Source: a virus. From it: a stretch of 64,000 nt of DNA. Below are positions 55,746 through 64,000 of this stretch, piece after piece. The notes beneath the pieces were generated by a model. That model saw only the letters and a list, made by a program, of their open reading frames with translations. It did not search any database and was not told the origin of the DNA. Location: IMG/VR virus record IMGVR_UViG_3300036828_000142, positions 8,423 through 72,422 of that record, one strand, 5' to 3'. Position numbers and translations under genes: made by a program. Within the stretch, counting starts at the first letter, position 1; each line of letters starts with the position of its first letter.

Positions 55746-55946
55746 ATGACGACGTTCATGGTTGGGTTGCGGCTGGATGGCGACAGCGCCGAGGAGGTGC
55801 TCCAGCGCGTCCAGGAGTGGCGGCTCAGGCCACCCGAGGGCGTGGTGATGGTCAACCCGGTACCAGACCCGGTCGAGGTGCCGTCGGAGCTACAGGCGGG
55901 GATGCCGGGGATGCTGCCGCCGCAGCCAGCGCCAACGGAGACGTGA
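55746..55946 (+). CDS. Small protein similar to the N-terminus of 55286
   Basis: MVGLRLDGDSAEEVLQR vs YVGMQLLADDPDALLER. Confidence 0.55.
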   Translation: MTTFMVGLRLDGDSAEEVLQRVQEWRLRPPEGVVMVNPVPDPVEVPSELQAGMPGMLPPQPAPTET

Positions 55947-55951
55947 CGTAA

Positions 55952-56485
55952 GTGAGCGCCATCGAACCCGACGCGCTGGACTACGACCTGCTGCCAGCCG
56001 ACCCTGGGCTGATCAACCCCGATCTCGCGCTCGACGCGGCGCTCGCCCCGGTCGAGGACATCGAGACGGACGCGCCCGCGCCGTTCGGCCGGTCGTGGCG
56101 GTTCGACTTCCAGGCCGGGCAGTTCCTGCGCGACGGGACCATCCCGAAGGTCGTCTACGAGCTGGACACGCTGATCGTGTGGATCGAGAAGACGTTGCGG
56201 ACCGCGCAGATCGCGCATCCGATCTACGCCGACGAGTACGGGGTGGACAACCCCGACGAGCTGATCGGCCAGACGCTCAGCGGCGAGGAGGACCTGTCCG
56301 CGTACGAGGAGTCGATCACAGCGGCGCTGACCTACCACGACCGGATCATCTCCGTCGAGGGATTCAGCTTCGACCAAGACCCGTTTGAGGAAACGGTCCA
56401 AGCATCGTTCACAGTGATGGTCGATGCCGCACCACCGTTGGAAGCCCAGCCACTTGAGTTCTCGGGTGTGCCCGTAGGAGGCTGA
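55952..56485 (+). CDS. Baseplate wedge/sheath initiator (XkdS/DUF2634-like)
   Basis: WRFDF..G.F, WIEKTLRT, IY..EYG, AL..HDRI.SV. Confidence 0.8.
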   Translation: MSAIEPDALDYDLLPADPGLINPDLALDAALAPVEDIETDAPAPFGRSWRFDFQAGQFLRDGTIPKVVYELDTLIVWIEKTLRTAQIAHPIYADEYGVDNPDELIGQTLSGEEDLSAYEESITAALTYHDRIISVEGFSFDQDPFEETVQASFTVMVDAAPPLEAQPLEFSGVPVGG

Positions 56486-56488
56486 TGG

Positions 56489-57970
56489 ATGACCGACCTC
56501 GCTGAGTTCACCGAACTGTTCTCAGAGACGCTCGCGCGGGTTCGCGCCCGGCTGGACGCTGACGCGAACGCGGGGTTGACGGACGACATGCCCGCGTGGA
56601 TCGACGTTCGCGAGGGCGGCTTCTACTGGGATGTGACGCAACCCCCGGCGATGGAGATGGCGAGGCTGTGGGACGCGATGACGGAAACGGCGGCGGCGGC
56701 GTTCCCGTCCACCGCGTGGGGCGACTACCTCGATGAGCATGGGCTGACGTTCAACCTGACGCGCGACCCGGCCATCGCCGCGCTCGGGTCGCTGGTGTTT
56801 GTCGCGACCGCCGTGGTGCTGATCGCCGCCGGAACCCAGGCGTCCTCGACCGCTTCGCAGACCGGCGACGTGATCACCTTCCAGACGCTTGAGTCCGGGA
56901 CGACGTGCGCTCAGCTCGTCACCCCGTCGAACGTGGTCGCTGCCGCTGCCGCCACGGGCGGGACGCTGACCGCCGCGACGCGCTACTACCACGTCACCGC
57001 GCTCAACGAGTTCGGGGAGACGGTCGGGTCGGCGGACAAGGCTGCGGTCACCTCCTCCAACACGGGCCGGAACACGATCACGTGGAACCCGGTGGCTGGC
57101 GCGTCGTCCTACCAGGTGTACGTTACCCAGGTCCAAGCGACGCTCGGGTTTCTGGTCGGCTCGACCGTCGCGACGACGTTCATTGACGACGGCACGATCA
57201 ACCCGTCAGACCCAGAGCCGACGCTGAACACCACGTCCGGAGTCACGCTCGCGTCCGGGGCGGTCACCGCTGGCACCGCCGGGAACGTCGCGGCCGGGGC
57301 CGTCACGTCGCTGAACACCGTGATCCCGGAGGTCTACTCCGTCAACAACCCCGCTCCGTTCCAGGGCGGGCAGGAGGAGGAGTCAGACGACGACTTCCGC
57401 GACCGCATCCTCGGCCAGTACGTCGGCACGTCCGGCGGCGGCAACCAGGCCGACTACCGCCGCTGGTGCGTGGCGCAGGGCGTCGAGCGCGTGGCTGTCG
57501 TGCCTGTCTGGGATGGGCCGGGAACGGTGCTGGTGATCATCATGCAAACGGACGGGTCGCCGGTTCTGGCGTCGTTGGTCACCACGATCCAGACCTTCCT
57601 CGACCCGGTGGCGGGGCAGGGCTCGGGCCAGGCTCCGATAGGTGCGACCGTGACGGTCACGACCTCGACGGTGCTGCCCATCGACATCACTTGCGAGGTG
57701 ATCCCGCAGCCCGGCTACTCGCTCGATGGCACCGGGGCCACCATCGCGTACCGCACCGCGATCCTGACGGCGCTCAGCAACTACCTCGGGTCGCTGGACC
57801 CAGGCGGTTCGGTGGTCTTCGAGCACGTCCAGGCGTGCTTCTTCGTGCCGGGCGTGCAGGACATCTCGGGCACCGTCGTGAACGGCATCACCAGCGGTTC
57901 GATCCCGCTGGCGAGCGGCACCCAACCCCAGGTCGCCCGACTCGGGACGATCAACTTCACCGAGCCGTAG
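56489..57970 (+). CDS. Baseplate J/gp47-like protein with inserted beta domain
   Basis: REGGFYWD, GDYLD, G..GNV..G, GG.EEESDD..R.R, GN..DY..W, GPGTV, PIGA. Confidence 0.9.
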   Translation: MTDLAEFTELFSETLARVRARLDADANAGLTDDMPAWIDVREGGFYWDVTQPPAMEMARLWDAMTETAAAAFPSTAWGDYLDEHGLTFNLTRDPAIAALGSLVFVATAVVLIAAGTQASSTASQTGDVITFQTLESGTTCAQLVTPSNVVAAAAATGGTLTAATRYYHVTALNEFGETVGSADKAAVTSSNTGRNTITWNPVAGASSYQVYVTQVQATLGFLVGSTVATTFIDDGTINPSDPEPTLNTTSGVTLASGAVTAGTAGNVAAGAVTSLNTVIPEVYSVNNPAPFQGGQEEESDDDFRDRILGQYVGTSGGGNQADYRRWCVAQGVERVAVVPVWDGPGTVLVIIMQTDGSPVLASLVTTIQTFLDPVAGQGSGQAPIGATVTVTTSTVLPIDITCEVIPQPGYSLDGTGATIAYRTAILTALSNYLGSLDPGGSVVFEHVQACFFVPGVQDISGTVVNGITSGSIPLASGTQPQVARLGTINFTEP

Positions 57971-57978
57971 GAGGAGCC

Positions 57979-58686
57979 GTGAGCTACCAGCCAGGCCGAC
58001 CGCCGTACCTGACGCCGAACTACGACTTCCCGGTGCCGGGCGGCACGGGCCTGGCTGACTACATCTCCTCGTTGGAGGCGTTCGGGAACGCGGTGGACGC
58101 GCAACTGAAGGTCTTCGAGAACATCCTCGACCCGCTGAACGCGGCGCAGCCGCTGCTGGTCGCGGCGCTGCCGACCACCAACCTCGTGGACGGCATGGAG
58201 GTCTACCTCCAAACCTCAACGATGGCGACCAACGGAACCGCGTGGCACCTGCGCTACCGCGCGGCAGCGCCAGCAGCGACCCGCTGGGAGTTCGTTGGTG
58301 GTGCGCCTATGCAGCAGACGGTCAACGGTGGTGCTGGTGGCGGCGGCACGTACGTCGGACCGCTCGCCTCGGGGCTGAACCCCGTGCCGGGCGGACCGAG
58401 CGTCGTGGTGCCACGCCCCGGCGATTACATCGTCGCCTTCGGAGCGACCGTCCAGTGCGACAGCAACGACACCGTGCACATCGGGATCGACGGTGGTGGG
58501 CTGACCGCGACCGCTGCCCCGATGATCGAGGTTGCTGACAACGTGTCGCTGGACACCAGCTCGCTGTCCGTCCGCCGGAACGTCGCGACCGCGACCTCGA
58601 CGCTGGCGATGTTCGCCGACACGGCTAGCAGCGACGTGTACGTCGGCGCTCGCTACCTCGCGGTCACCCCGATCAGGCTCGGCTGA
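57979..58686 (+). CDS. Fibre/baseplate-associated protein
   Basis: GGAGGAG SD; TPNY..P.P N-terminus; beta-sandwich C-terminus. Confidence 0.65.
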   Translation: MSYQPGRPPYLTPNYDFPVPGGTGLADYISSLEAFGNAVDAQLKVFENILDPLNAAQPLLVAALPTTNLVDGMEVYLQTSTMATNGTAWHLRYRAAAPAATRWEFVGGAPMQQTVNGGAGGGGTYVGPLASGLNPVPGGPSVVVPRPGDYIVAFGATVQCDSNDTVHIGIDGGGLTATAAPMIEVADNVSLDTSSLSVRRNVATATSTLAMFADTASSDVYVGARYLAVTPIRLG

Positions 58687-58687
58687 G

Positions 58688-59926
58688 ATGCCGAACACCT
58701 GGGACAGCCTCCGGGCGCTCGGGACCTGGGACTACATCGCCCAGCTATACGCCACCTGGGACGACCTCTACAACGACGTGCGGCAGCCCGCGCCGCCGCC
58801 AGGACCGATCCCAGGACCGCAGGCCGGAGTCACCCCAGACCTCGCTGGACTGAGCCTCGGCGGCGCGTACCAGGCGGGGCTCGCAGCGGGGTTTGAGAAC
58901 TTCAAGGTGGTCGCCTACCGGCAGACGTGGATGCTCGATGAGGCGTACTGGTTCCGGGAGGTGTCCCCAGCCGTCGGGTACGTCGCGCAGGTCGTGTCGC
59001 CGGGCGACGGCCCAAGCAGTCCGAGAACCGCGTCGGACGGGTCGTTCTACACCACCGTGGCTACGGTCGGAGTGCCCGACCAGCTCCCCGATCCCGGCGA
59101 TACGGTCGCGACCAACGCGACCCTCTGCTTCGTCTTTCAGATAGCCGACGACCGCGCGCAGCCGAACGATATCGTGGACTCCGGCGTCGATCCCGTGACC
59201 GGGGTGATGGCGTGGTGGGAATACTCGTTCGCTGCCAGCGCCGTGCCCGGCACCTTGCAGGCCGACATGACGCTGTACAACGGTCCGCCGATGACCCCGG
59301 TGGACGTGGCCGACGCCGAATGGCCGCAGGTCGCGGTGGACCCGCTGTTGATCTTCACCGCCCCGCCGCCGGTCATCCCCGACGACCTGATCAGCGACGT
59401 GCCGCCGTTCGAGCAGGAGAGCTACGAGATCACCGCCGTGCTGCGCGTCGTTGCGAACGAGCTGGGACGGATCGCCGCTGCGCAGGGCGGAGCCACCCTT
59501 GGGAATGATGGCAAGATCATCGTGACCGGGCTGGCCGCACAGTGGTTCCCGCTGAGCGCCGACGTGCTCCTCGGAACGTTCGAGGCGATGCTCGGGCTGC
59601 CGGTCGATCCACCCGACGTGCAACTGAACGTTCGGCGCAACCTGGTGCTGGCGTACCTGCGCCGACTCCGGGTCGAAGGCACCGGACTTGACTGGATCGC
59701 GAGCATGAACTCGCTCGCGGGCACCGCGTGGGACTACGCCGAACACGACCCCGCGAACCCGTCCTCACCGGCGGCGTACACGCTCAACGTGAACATCCCC
59801 GAGGTGCTCGCACGGGTCGGGTGGAACTTCGTGCGGGACATCACCCCGGCGCACATCGGCATCAACGAGGGCTACACCGGCGGCTGGCTCGTTGGCATCT
59901 CCGACATCGGCATCGACCTGTTGTGA
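58688..59926 (+). CDS. Baseplate wedge protein (XkdU/tail I-like C-terminus)
   Basis: QWF..SA..L..FE..LGL...RR; PAH. Confidence 0.65.
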   Translation: MPNTWDSLRALGTWDYIAQLYATWDDLYNDVRQPAPPPGPIPGPQAGVTPDLAGLSLGGAYQAGLAAGFENFKVVAYRQTWMLDEAYWFREVSPAVGYVAQVVSPGDGPSSPRTASDGSFYTTVATVGVPDQLPDPGDTVATNATLCFVFQIADDRAQPNDIVDSGVDPVTGVMAWWEYSFAASAVPGTLQADMTLYNGPPMTPVDVADAEWPQVAVDPLLIFTAPPPVIPDDLISDVPPFEQESYEITAVLRVVANELGRIAAAQGGATLGNDGKIIVTGLAAQWFPLSADVLLGTFEAMLGLPVDPPDVQLNVRRNLVLAYLRRLRVEGTGLDWIASMNSLAGTAWDYAEHDPANPSSPAAYTLNVNIPEVLARVGWNFVRDITPAHIGINEGYTGGWLVGISDIGIDLL

Positions 59927-59944
59927 CCGAAAGGCTGTGAGAAC

Positions 59945-61075
59945 GTGAGCAAACACCGACAGCTCCTCTACGGGCAGCCTGTGCCGCAGAGCTTCCTGGA
60001 CGCCATGCAGGAGTTCATCGGCACGCTGGCCTCAAACTTCGCGTTGACGATCCCGCAGGGCTCGATGAACCAGGTGCAGGTCGTGGCGGGAGCCGACAAC
60101 ACCCAGGTGGGCATCGGGATCAACGGGCTGTGGCGCTACATCACAGCGACGATCACGACCGTCGTCAGCGGCGCGGCGGGCACCTACGACCTGTATGTCA
60201 CGACCGGCAACAACTCGTTCCCGGTCAACCCGACACCACCCCCACCCGAGCTTGACCAGACGAGCTACGGGTTCGCGCTGACCGCCGTCGCGACCGGAAC
60301 GCAACCGACCGGCGTCGCGCACTTCCGGATGGTCGGCCAGGCGCTCACCGACGGCACCCGGATCATCGCGCTGCGCCAGCTTGTCGGCGGGGCCGTGGAC
60401 GGCCAACAGCTCCTGCAACCCGGCATGATCCAGACGACCGCAGCCACGACCATTCCGCCCGGCTGGCTGCTGTGCAACGGGCTCGCGGTGTCGCGCACCA
60501 CCTACTCCGCGTTGTACGCGGCGCTCGGCGGGCCGAACTCCCCGTGGGGGCAAGGCGACGGGTCCACCACCTTCAACGTGCCGGACCTACGCGGCAAGGT
60601 GCAGGTCGGAGCCGGTGCGGGCCCTGGGCTCACGAACCGCGCGCTCGCCGCTCAGGCCGGTGTCGAAGCGGTCGCGCTCAACGACCTCCAGTCGGGTGTC
60701 AACCGCTACGGCTCGACGGGCTACGTCAGCAACGACCACTCCCACGCCGTTCCCGGCCAGTGGACCGGCGGGCAGAACCAGAGCCACATCCACACGTTCT
60801 ACGGCGGGCAACTGACGATCCCGGTCGCCGGATCGTGGAGCTACAGCTCCGGTAACCCGGCCGGGCCCTGGACGGGGGTTTACGTCGCCTCGGGCGGCTA
60901 CACGTACGTCAGCGGCACCGACGGCAACAGCGTGGACCACCAGCACTACGTCAACCAGGTCCAGTCCGGTGGCATCAGCGCCAACCACAACCACGCCTTC
61001 AACGCCCGCAACGCTGACCAGTCGCACGACAACATGCCGCCGTTCGCAGCGGTCAACGTGCTCATAAAGACCTGA
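59945..61075 (+). CDS. Tail fibre with collar domain
   Basis: PGMI...PPGWLLCNG..VSRTTY..L...GDGSTTFNVPDLRG; HxH repeats; HDNMPPF. Confidence 0.85.
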   Translation: MSKHRQLLYGQPVPQSFLDAMQEFIGTLASNFALTIPQGSMNQVQVVAGADNTQVGIGINGLWRYITATITTVVSGAAGTYDLYVTTGNNSFPVNPTPPPPELDQTSYGFALTAVATGTQPTGVAHFRMVGQALTDGTRIIALRQLVGGAVDGQQLLQPGMIQTTAATTIPPGWLLCNGLAVSRTTYSALYAALGGPNSPWGQGDGSTTFNVPDLRGKVQVGAGAGPGLTNRALAAQAGVEAVALNDLQSGVNRYGSTGYVSNDHSHAVPGQWTGGQNQSHIHTFYGGQLTIPVAGSWSYSSGNPAGPWTGVYVASGGYTYVSGTDGNSVDHQHYVNQVQSGGISANHNHAFNARNADQSHDNMPPFAAVNVLIKT

Positions 61076-61089
61076 CTAAGCTATGCAGC

Positions 61090-61509
61090 GTGAAAGACAT
61101 AGCCGAGGTGCAGGCAGCATGGTTGGCAGGCTTCTACGAGGGCGAAGGCTCGTTTCACATGGGCGCAAAGAGTGGTGGCAAGTACAAGCAGTTGATGGTG
61201 CAGATCGCCCAGCACGATCACGAATGCCCGGAAACGTTGACCCGGCTCGTGGAGTGGACCGGCTTCGGAAGGATCTACGGGCCGTATCGCAGTAACGGCT
61301 TCCACACTCGTCTCGACCGCCCGCTAAAGGATCGCTGGTTCTGGCAGTTGTCGGGAGAACGTGACGTACGGGCTTTCTTTGATGCGACCCGTCCGTGGCT
61401 GTCAGCGTGGCGGTGTGAACAGATTGATCGCGTGCTGGCGGACTGGAGCGCTTATCGCGGAACGCTCAAGTATCCGAACAAGGGCTTCAAGAAGCCTGAT
61501 CAGACCTAG
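61090..61509 (+). CDS. Free-standing LAGLIDADG homing endonuclease
   Basis: AWLAGFYEGEGSF, GFGRIYGP, W.W, PWL. Confidence 0.85.
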   Translation: MKDIAEVQAAWLAGFYEGEGSFHMGAKSGGKYKQLMVQIAQHDHECPETLTRLVEWTGFGRIYGPYRSNGFHTRLDRPLKDRWFWQLSGERDVRAFFDATRPWLSAWRCEQIDRVLADWSAYRGTLKYPNKGFKKPDQT

Positions 61510-61550
61510 CTCCGTGCTGATCAAGACGTAGCTCCTGTTATGCTCTAAGC

Positions 61551-61660
61551 CGCCGCTGGGCAAGTCGAGTATCCCCTCTCCTCGGTCGGGATTGGTCAAG
61601 CTCGACACCCAGCTTCGCGAAACGGCCTTCCTGGGTTCTCTCCAGGTGGGCCGTTTCCTG
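61551..61660 (+). ncRNA. Predicted small RNA with anti-RBS loop
   Basis: TGtTATGCT extended -10 at 61536-61544; nested stem with loop CTCTCCTCGGTC; terminator hairpin; no plausible ORF. Confidence 0.55.
61619..61657. terminator. Hairpin terminator between convergent transcription units
   Basis: GAAACGGCC.TCCTGG...CCAGG.GGGCCGTTTC. Confidence 0.7.
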
Positions 61661-61675
61661 TGTAGTGGGGTGCGC

Positions 61676-61771
61676 TCAGATCGCGCCGACGTGTGATGCG
61701 GTGATGATCGTGAAGACCAGCACCGCGATCAGCATGGCGAACGAGAGCCACCAGAGTTCTTTGGAGGGCAT
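61676..61771 (-). CDS. 31-aa single-TM peptide
   Basis: GGAGG SD; MPSKELWWLSFAMLIAVLVFTIITASHVGAI. Confidence 0.45.
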   Translation of the reverse strand: MPSKELWWLSFAMLIAVLVFTIITASHVGAI

Positions 61772-61798
61772 ACCCCTCCCACTACCCGCCGAATGGCG

Positions 61799-62089
61799 TT
61801 AGGGAGCCTCCACGGAGCCCACAGGGGTCCTTCCGAACGCTTTGCGCGCCTTCTCTCGGCTCCCGGCGACTGTCCAGACCGTGACGTTGTGCAGCGTCTC
61901 GTACGCCCGGCAGATGCCGTCGGTCGTCAGCGCTTCCAGCCGGGGGCGTCCGTCGCGGTCCTGGAGGTCGAGCGGGTCAAGGCAGTACGGCCACCCGTTC
62001 TTGTCGTGCGCCTTGTGCAGATCGAAGCTGTCAATCGAGTGGAAGTGCCTGCCGCAACTCGCGCAGTGGTAGGTGCAGGTGGTGCTCAT
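61799..62089 (-). CDS. FDxH(R/K)-type Zn-binding protein
   Basis: HCASCGRHF.S..SFDLHK...CLDP. Confidence 0.65.
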   Translation of the reverse strand: MSTTCTYHCASCGRHFHSIDSFDLHKAHDKNGWPYCLDPLDLQDRDGRPRLEALTTDGICRAYETLHNVTVWTVAGSREKARKAFGRTPVGSVEAP

Positions 62090-62328
62090 GCGTCCCTGAA
62101 CGTACCGCACGTCCAGCAGCGCTTGCACGCCGACCCGCCGAAGCTCCCGGTCGAGCCCGTTGCGGCCCTGCGACGGTGACCGCACCGGCACATCGTCGTC
62201 CACTCCCGCTCCCCGGCGATGATGTCCTGGTCGTAGTCCGGGTGCGCTGTCAGGTGCTCGAACGGCGTCTCGACCTCGGGCGCAAGCTCCACGTCAGCGT
62301 CCCAGGCGGGCCGACGGCGCTCGGGCAC
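62086..62328 (-). CDS. Small Cys-rich protein (start uncertain)
   Basis: CRCGH...C..C..C..F. Confidence 0.45.
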   Translation of the reverse strand: MPERRRPAWDADVELAPEVETPFEHLTAHPDYDQDIIAGEREWTTMCRCGHRRRAATGSTGSFGGSACKRCWTCGTFRDA

Positions 62329-63241
62329 TGAGCGGCTGCTCCTCGACTACCTCACCCTCGATGGGGATGCTGCCGCCGTTCTTGAGCACGAAGTCCACCA
62401 CCTGCTGAAGGATCTCGGTGCGCTTCATCTGATCCACCCCCGCGAGCGTCAGCCGGATCTTCTGCGGCAGGAAGCTCCCCGGCCGCACCCGGTTCGCTTC
62501 ATCGAACGCGATCTGCAACCGCTTCGCGAGGTCCTCGTCCGAACCCCAGTCGGGCTCCTGGCTGACGACATCCTGCTCCACGATCCCACCAAGGTCCGGG
62601 TCATACCGCGCGCCGACCTCGTCCTCGGGGATCAGCCCCGTGATCGAGAACGCCTTGCGCAACGCCATCGACTCGGCGACCTTCAGGATCATCGCGTCCG
62701 GGTACTGCGTCCACGACTTCACGCCCCGCCGGTAGCTGGAGAACTTAGCCAGGAAGAACGTTGGCCTGCGCCCCTCGCGGAACACGCGGCACCACGCGCC
62801 GATGATGTCCTGCTTCATCCGCTTCTCAGCCTCCACCGCCGCGTACGTGTGCTCAAACCCCTCAGGGGTGCGGGCGATGATGTCCGAGGCGTAGATCACG
62901 TCCCCCTCCATCCCCCCGAACGCCTCGTAGCGGTTCGCGATCACCAGCAGCCCATCCCGCGCGATGATCGTCTTGAACGTCGGCGGCTCCCCGTCGCGCC
63001 CCGGCATCTTCGCCAGGTACACCTGACCGGCAAACGGGTCGAGCTTGTACCGGCCCACGAGTTCAAGGAACAGCAGAAACTCGCTGTCACCCGCTCCCCT
63101 CGCGACGGTGCGCTTCATCAACGCAAGCTGCTCGTTGTCGAACGCGAACCGTGCGGGGCTCGTCAACGGTGTCGGCAGGTGAACCACCTGACGGCCGGGC
63201 GGCTGCGCCGTCCCATCTGGCTGTACCTCGGTCTTAGCCAT
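62294..63241 (-). CDS. Bet/RecT-like single-strand annealing protein
   Basis: EF.LFL..LDPF..QVY, RDG...IA, GAWC.V, W..YP.AM..KVAE..ALRKAF. Confidence 0.85.
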   Translation of the reverse strand: MAKTEVQPDGTAQPPGRQVVHLPTPLTSPARFAFDNEQLALMKRTVARGAGDSEFLLFLELVGRYKLDPFAGQVYLAKMPGRDGEPPTFKTIIARDGLLVIANRYEAFGGMEGDVIYASDIIARTPEGFEHTYAAVEAEKRMKQDIIGAWCRVFREGRRPTFFLAKFSSYRRGVKSWTQYPDAMILKVAESMALRKAFSITGLIPEDEVGARYDPDLGGIVEQDVVSQEPDWGSDEDLAKRLQIAFDEANRVRPGSFLPQKIRLTLAGVDQMKRTEILQQVVDFVLKNGGSIPIEGEVVEEQPLSARAPSARLGR

Positions 63242-64000
63242 CTTGCTGCTTCCTCTCATTGGCGAGCGCTATCGAGCGCTCCAGTCGGTCAAGCAGGTCC
63301 GGGTCCTCCTCGGGCTCCACGTCCGGCTTCGGGATATGCACCGTGAACTGTGTGCCCACTGTCTCACGATACAGGTCATCCAACGTCTCGCCGGTCTGTA
63401 GCGCGCGTTCCATCTGCTCACGGGTTGGGCGCTCTACACGATGGATCACGCGGTGTCCGTATACGCGGTTCGCCTTCGCGTCCTTCACGGGGATCGGGCC
63501 GTGGGTGCCCGCCCATACCTTCAGCGCCTCCTTGTTCTGCTTGATCGCCGCCTCGGCGACAAGCACCTGCGCCGCGACCGTCGCAGCCTCGTCGCCCGAC
63601 GCGATCCTGCCGGTGCGCTTCGCGGTCGGGAAGATCGGACACTTGGTCGGCCGGGGGCAGTAGGAGCAGTGCCCGCCCGGTGACGGCGACCAGTGCGACT
63701 CCTGCACCGAGCGGTCGAAGCGTTCCACGAGCGCGGTGACCGCCTCCTCGATCTCCTCCAACTGGTCGCGGTACAGCGTCGCCTCGCGCGACTGCGAGTA
63801 GCGCGGGTAGAACTCCCGCAACGTCACCGAGTTCAAAGTCGGGTGGTTGCGCATCACCAACAGCCCGTAGAACCGCTGCTGGAAGAACCCGCCTTCGCTG
63901 ATCTCCGACGGCGGCGGCAGCCACCAGCCCGTCTTGTAGTCGATCACGACCCCGCGATCCAGGTCCGCACCCTCGGCGAACAGCACGTCGAGCTGGCAGG
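63234..64000 (-). CDS. PD-(D/E)XK RecB/Cas4-like exonuclease (5' end outside window)
   Basis: LDVL...VIDYKTG, QQRFY, C..C.....CP; adjacent to Bet. Confidence 0.8.
   Translation of the reverse strand, partial: CQLDVLFAEGADLDRGVVIDYKTGWWLPPPSEISEGGFFQQRFYGLLVMRNHPTLNSVTLREFYPRYSQSREATLYRDQLEEIEEAVTALVERFDRSVQESHWSPSPGGHCSYCPRPTKCPIFPTAKRTGRIASGDEAATVAAQVLVAEAAIKQNKEALKVWAGTHGPIPVKDAKANRVYGHRVIHRVERPTREQMERALQTGETLDDLYRETVGTQFTVHIPKPDVEPEEDPDLLDRLERSIALANERKQQDG

Larger units (their letters stand above)
1..64000. mobile_element. Bacteriophage/prophage genome segment (contractile-tailed, high-GC, probable actinobacterial host)
   Basis: Capsid, sheath, tube, tape measure, baseplate J, tail-collar fibres and Bet/exonuclease genes, plus many overlapping small ORFs; no housekeeping genes. 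Confidence 0.95.

Noticed and set aside
33495-59926. Tailocin/eCIS or PBSX-like defective element
   Set aside because: Capsid, protease, neck and many accessory genes indicate a full phage
45213-61075. Diversity-generating retroelement or invertase shufflon acting on the fibres
   Set aside because: No reverse transcriptase or recombinase in the window; paralogous domains differ at all bases rather than only adenines, and all lie in one orientation
61402-61608. Minus-strand ORF using the CGACCGAGGAG copy as its RBS
   Set aside because: No start codon at normal spacing, the ORF overlaps the endonuclease antisense, and the -10 box points to the plus strand; not fully excluded
63234-64000. Cas4 as evidence of CRISPR-Cas
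   Set aside because: Adjacent to a Bet/RecT-like gene, as in a standard phage recombination pair; no cas genes or array
1-64000. tRNA, rRNA, integrase or att site
   Set aside because: None recognised, so lifestyle and prophage status cannot be determined from this window

Overview
The window is a 64-kb segment of a high-GC tailed bacteriophage (or prophage) with a contractile tail. The host is probably in Actinomycetota; the RlpA and NlpC/P60 sequence types suggest Thermoleophilia/Solirubrobacterales (inference). Layout: (1) 0.2-16.5 kb, dense small accessory genes, including a GmhB-like HAD phosphatase, GT2-TPR glycosyltransferase, two DUF5662-like HD proteins, RlpA-like protein, HNH and a secreted collagen-like protein. 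(2) 16.7-26.7 kb, putative head-cargo proteins, a membrane-protein cassette and fibre/BppU-like genes interleaved with small early-type islands. (3) 26.8-61.1 kb, protease/scaffold, DUF2190 cement, Mu gpT-like capsid, neck, sheath, tube, frameshifted chaperone, tape measure with two wall hydrolases, PBSX/Xkd-like baseplate, and about 10 kb of collagen/C1q-like fibre genes. (4) Beyond 61.7 kb on the minus strand, a Bet/RecT-like annealing protein and a PD-(D/E)XK exonuclease. No terminase, portal, integrase, tRNA or CRISPR was recognised. The strongest candidates for new biology are: a predicted stem-loop small RNA at about 61551-61660 whose loop is the exact antisense of a conserved extended ribosome-binding motif (CGACCGAGGAG) found in front of a set of genes, most of which share a palindromic promoter element; fibre proteins with beta-motifs split between genes, suggesting branched assembly by strand complementation; head-cargo polyproteins punctuated by L-x-E sites that share a propeptide; and two LAGLIDADG endonuclease insertions that duplicated and recoded neighbouring gene termini. 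All family names come from visual motif recognition, not database searches.
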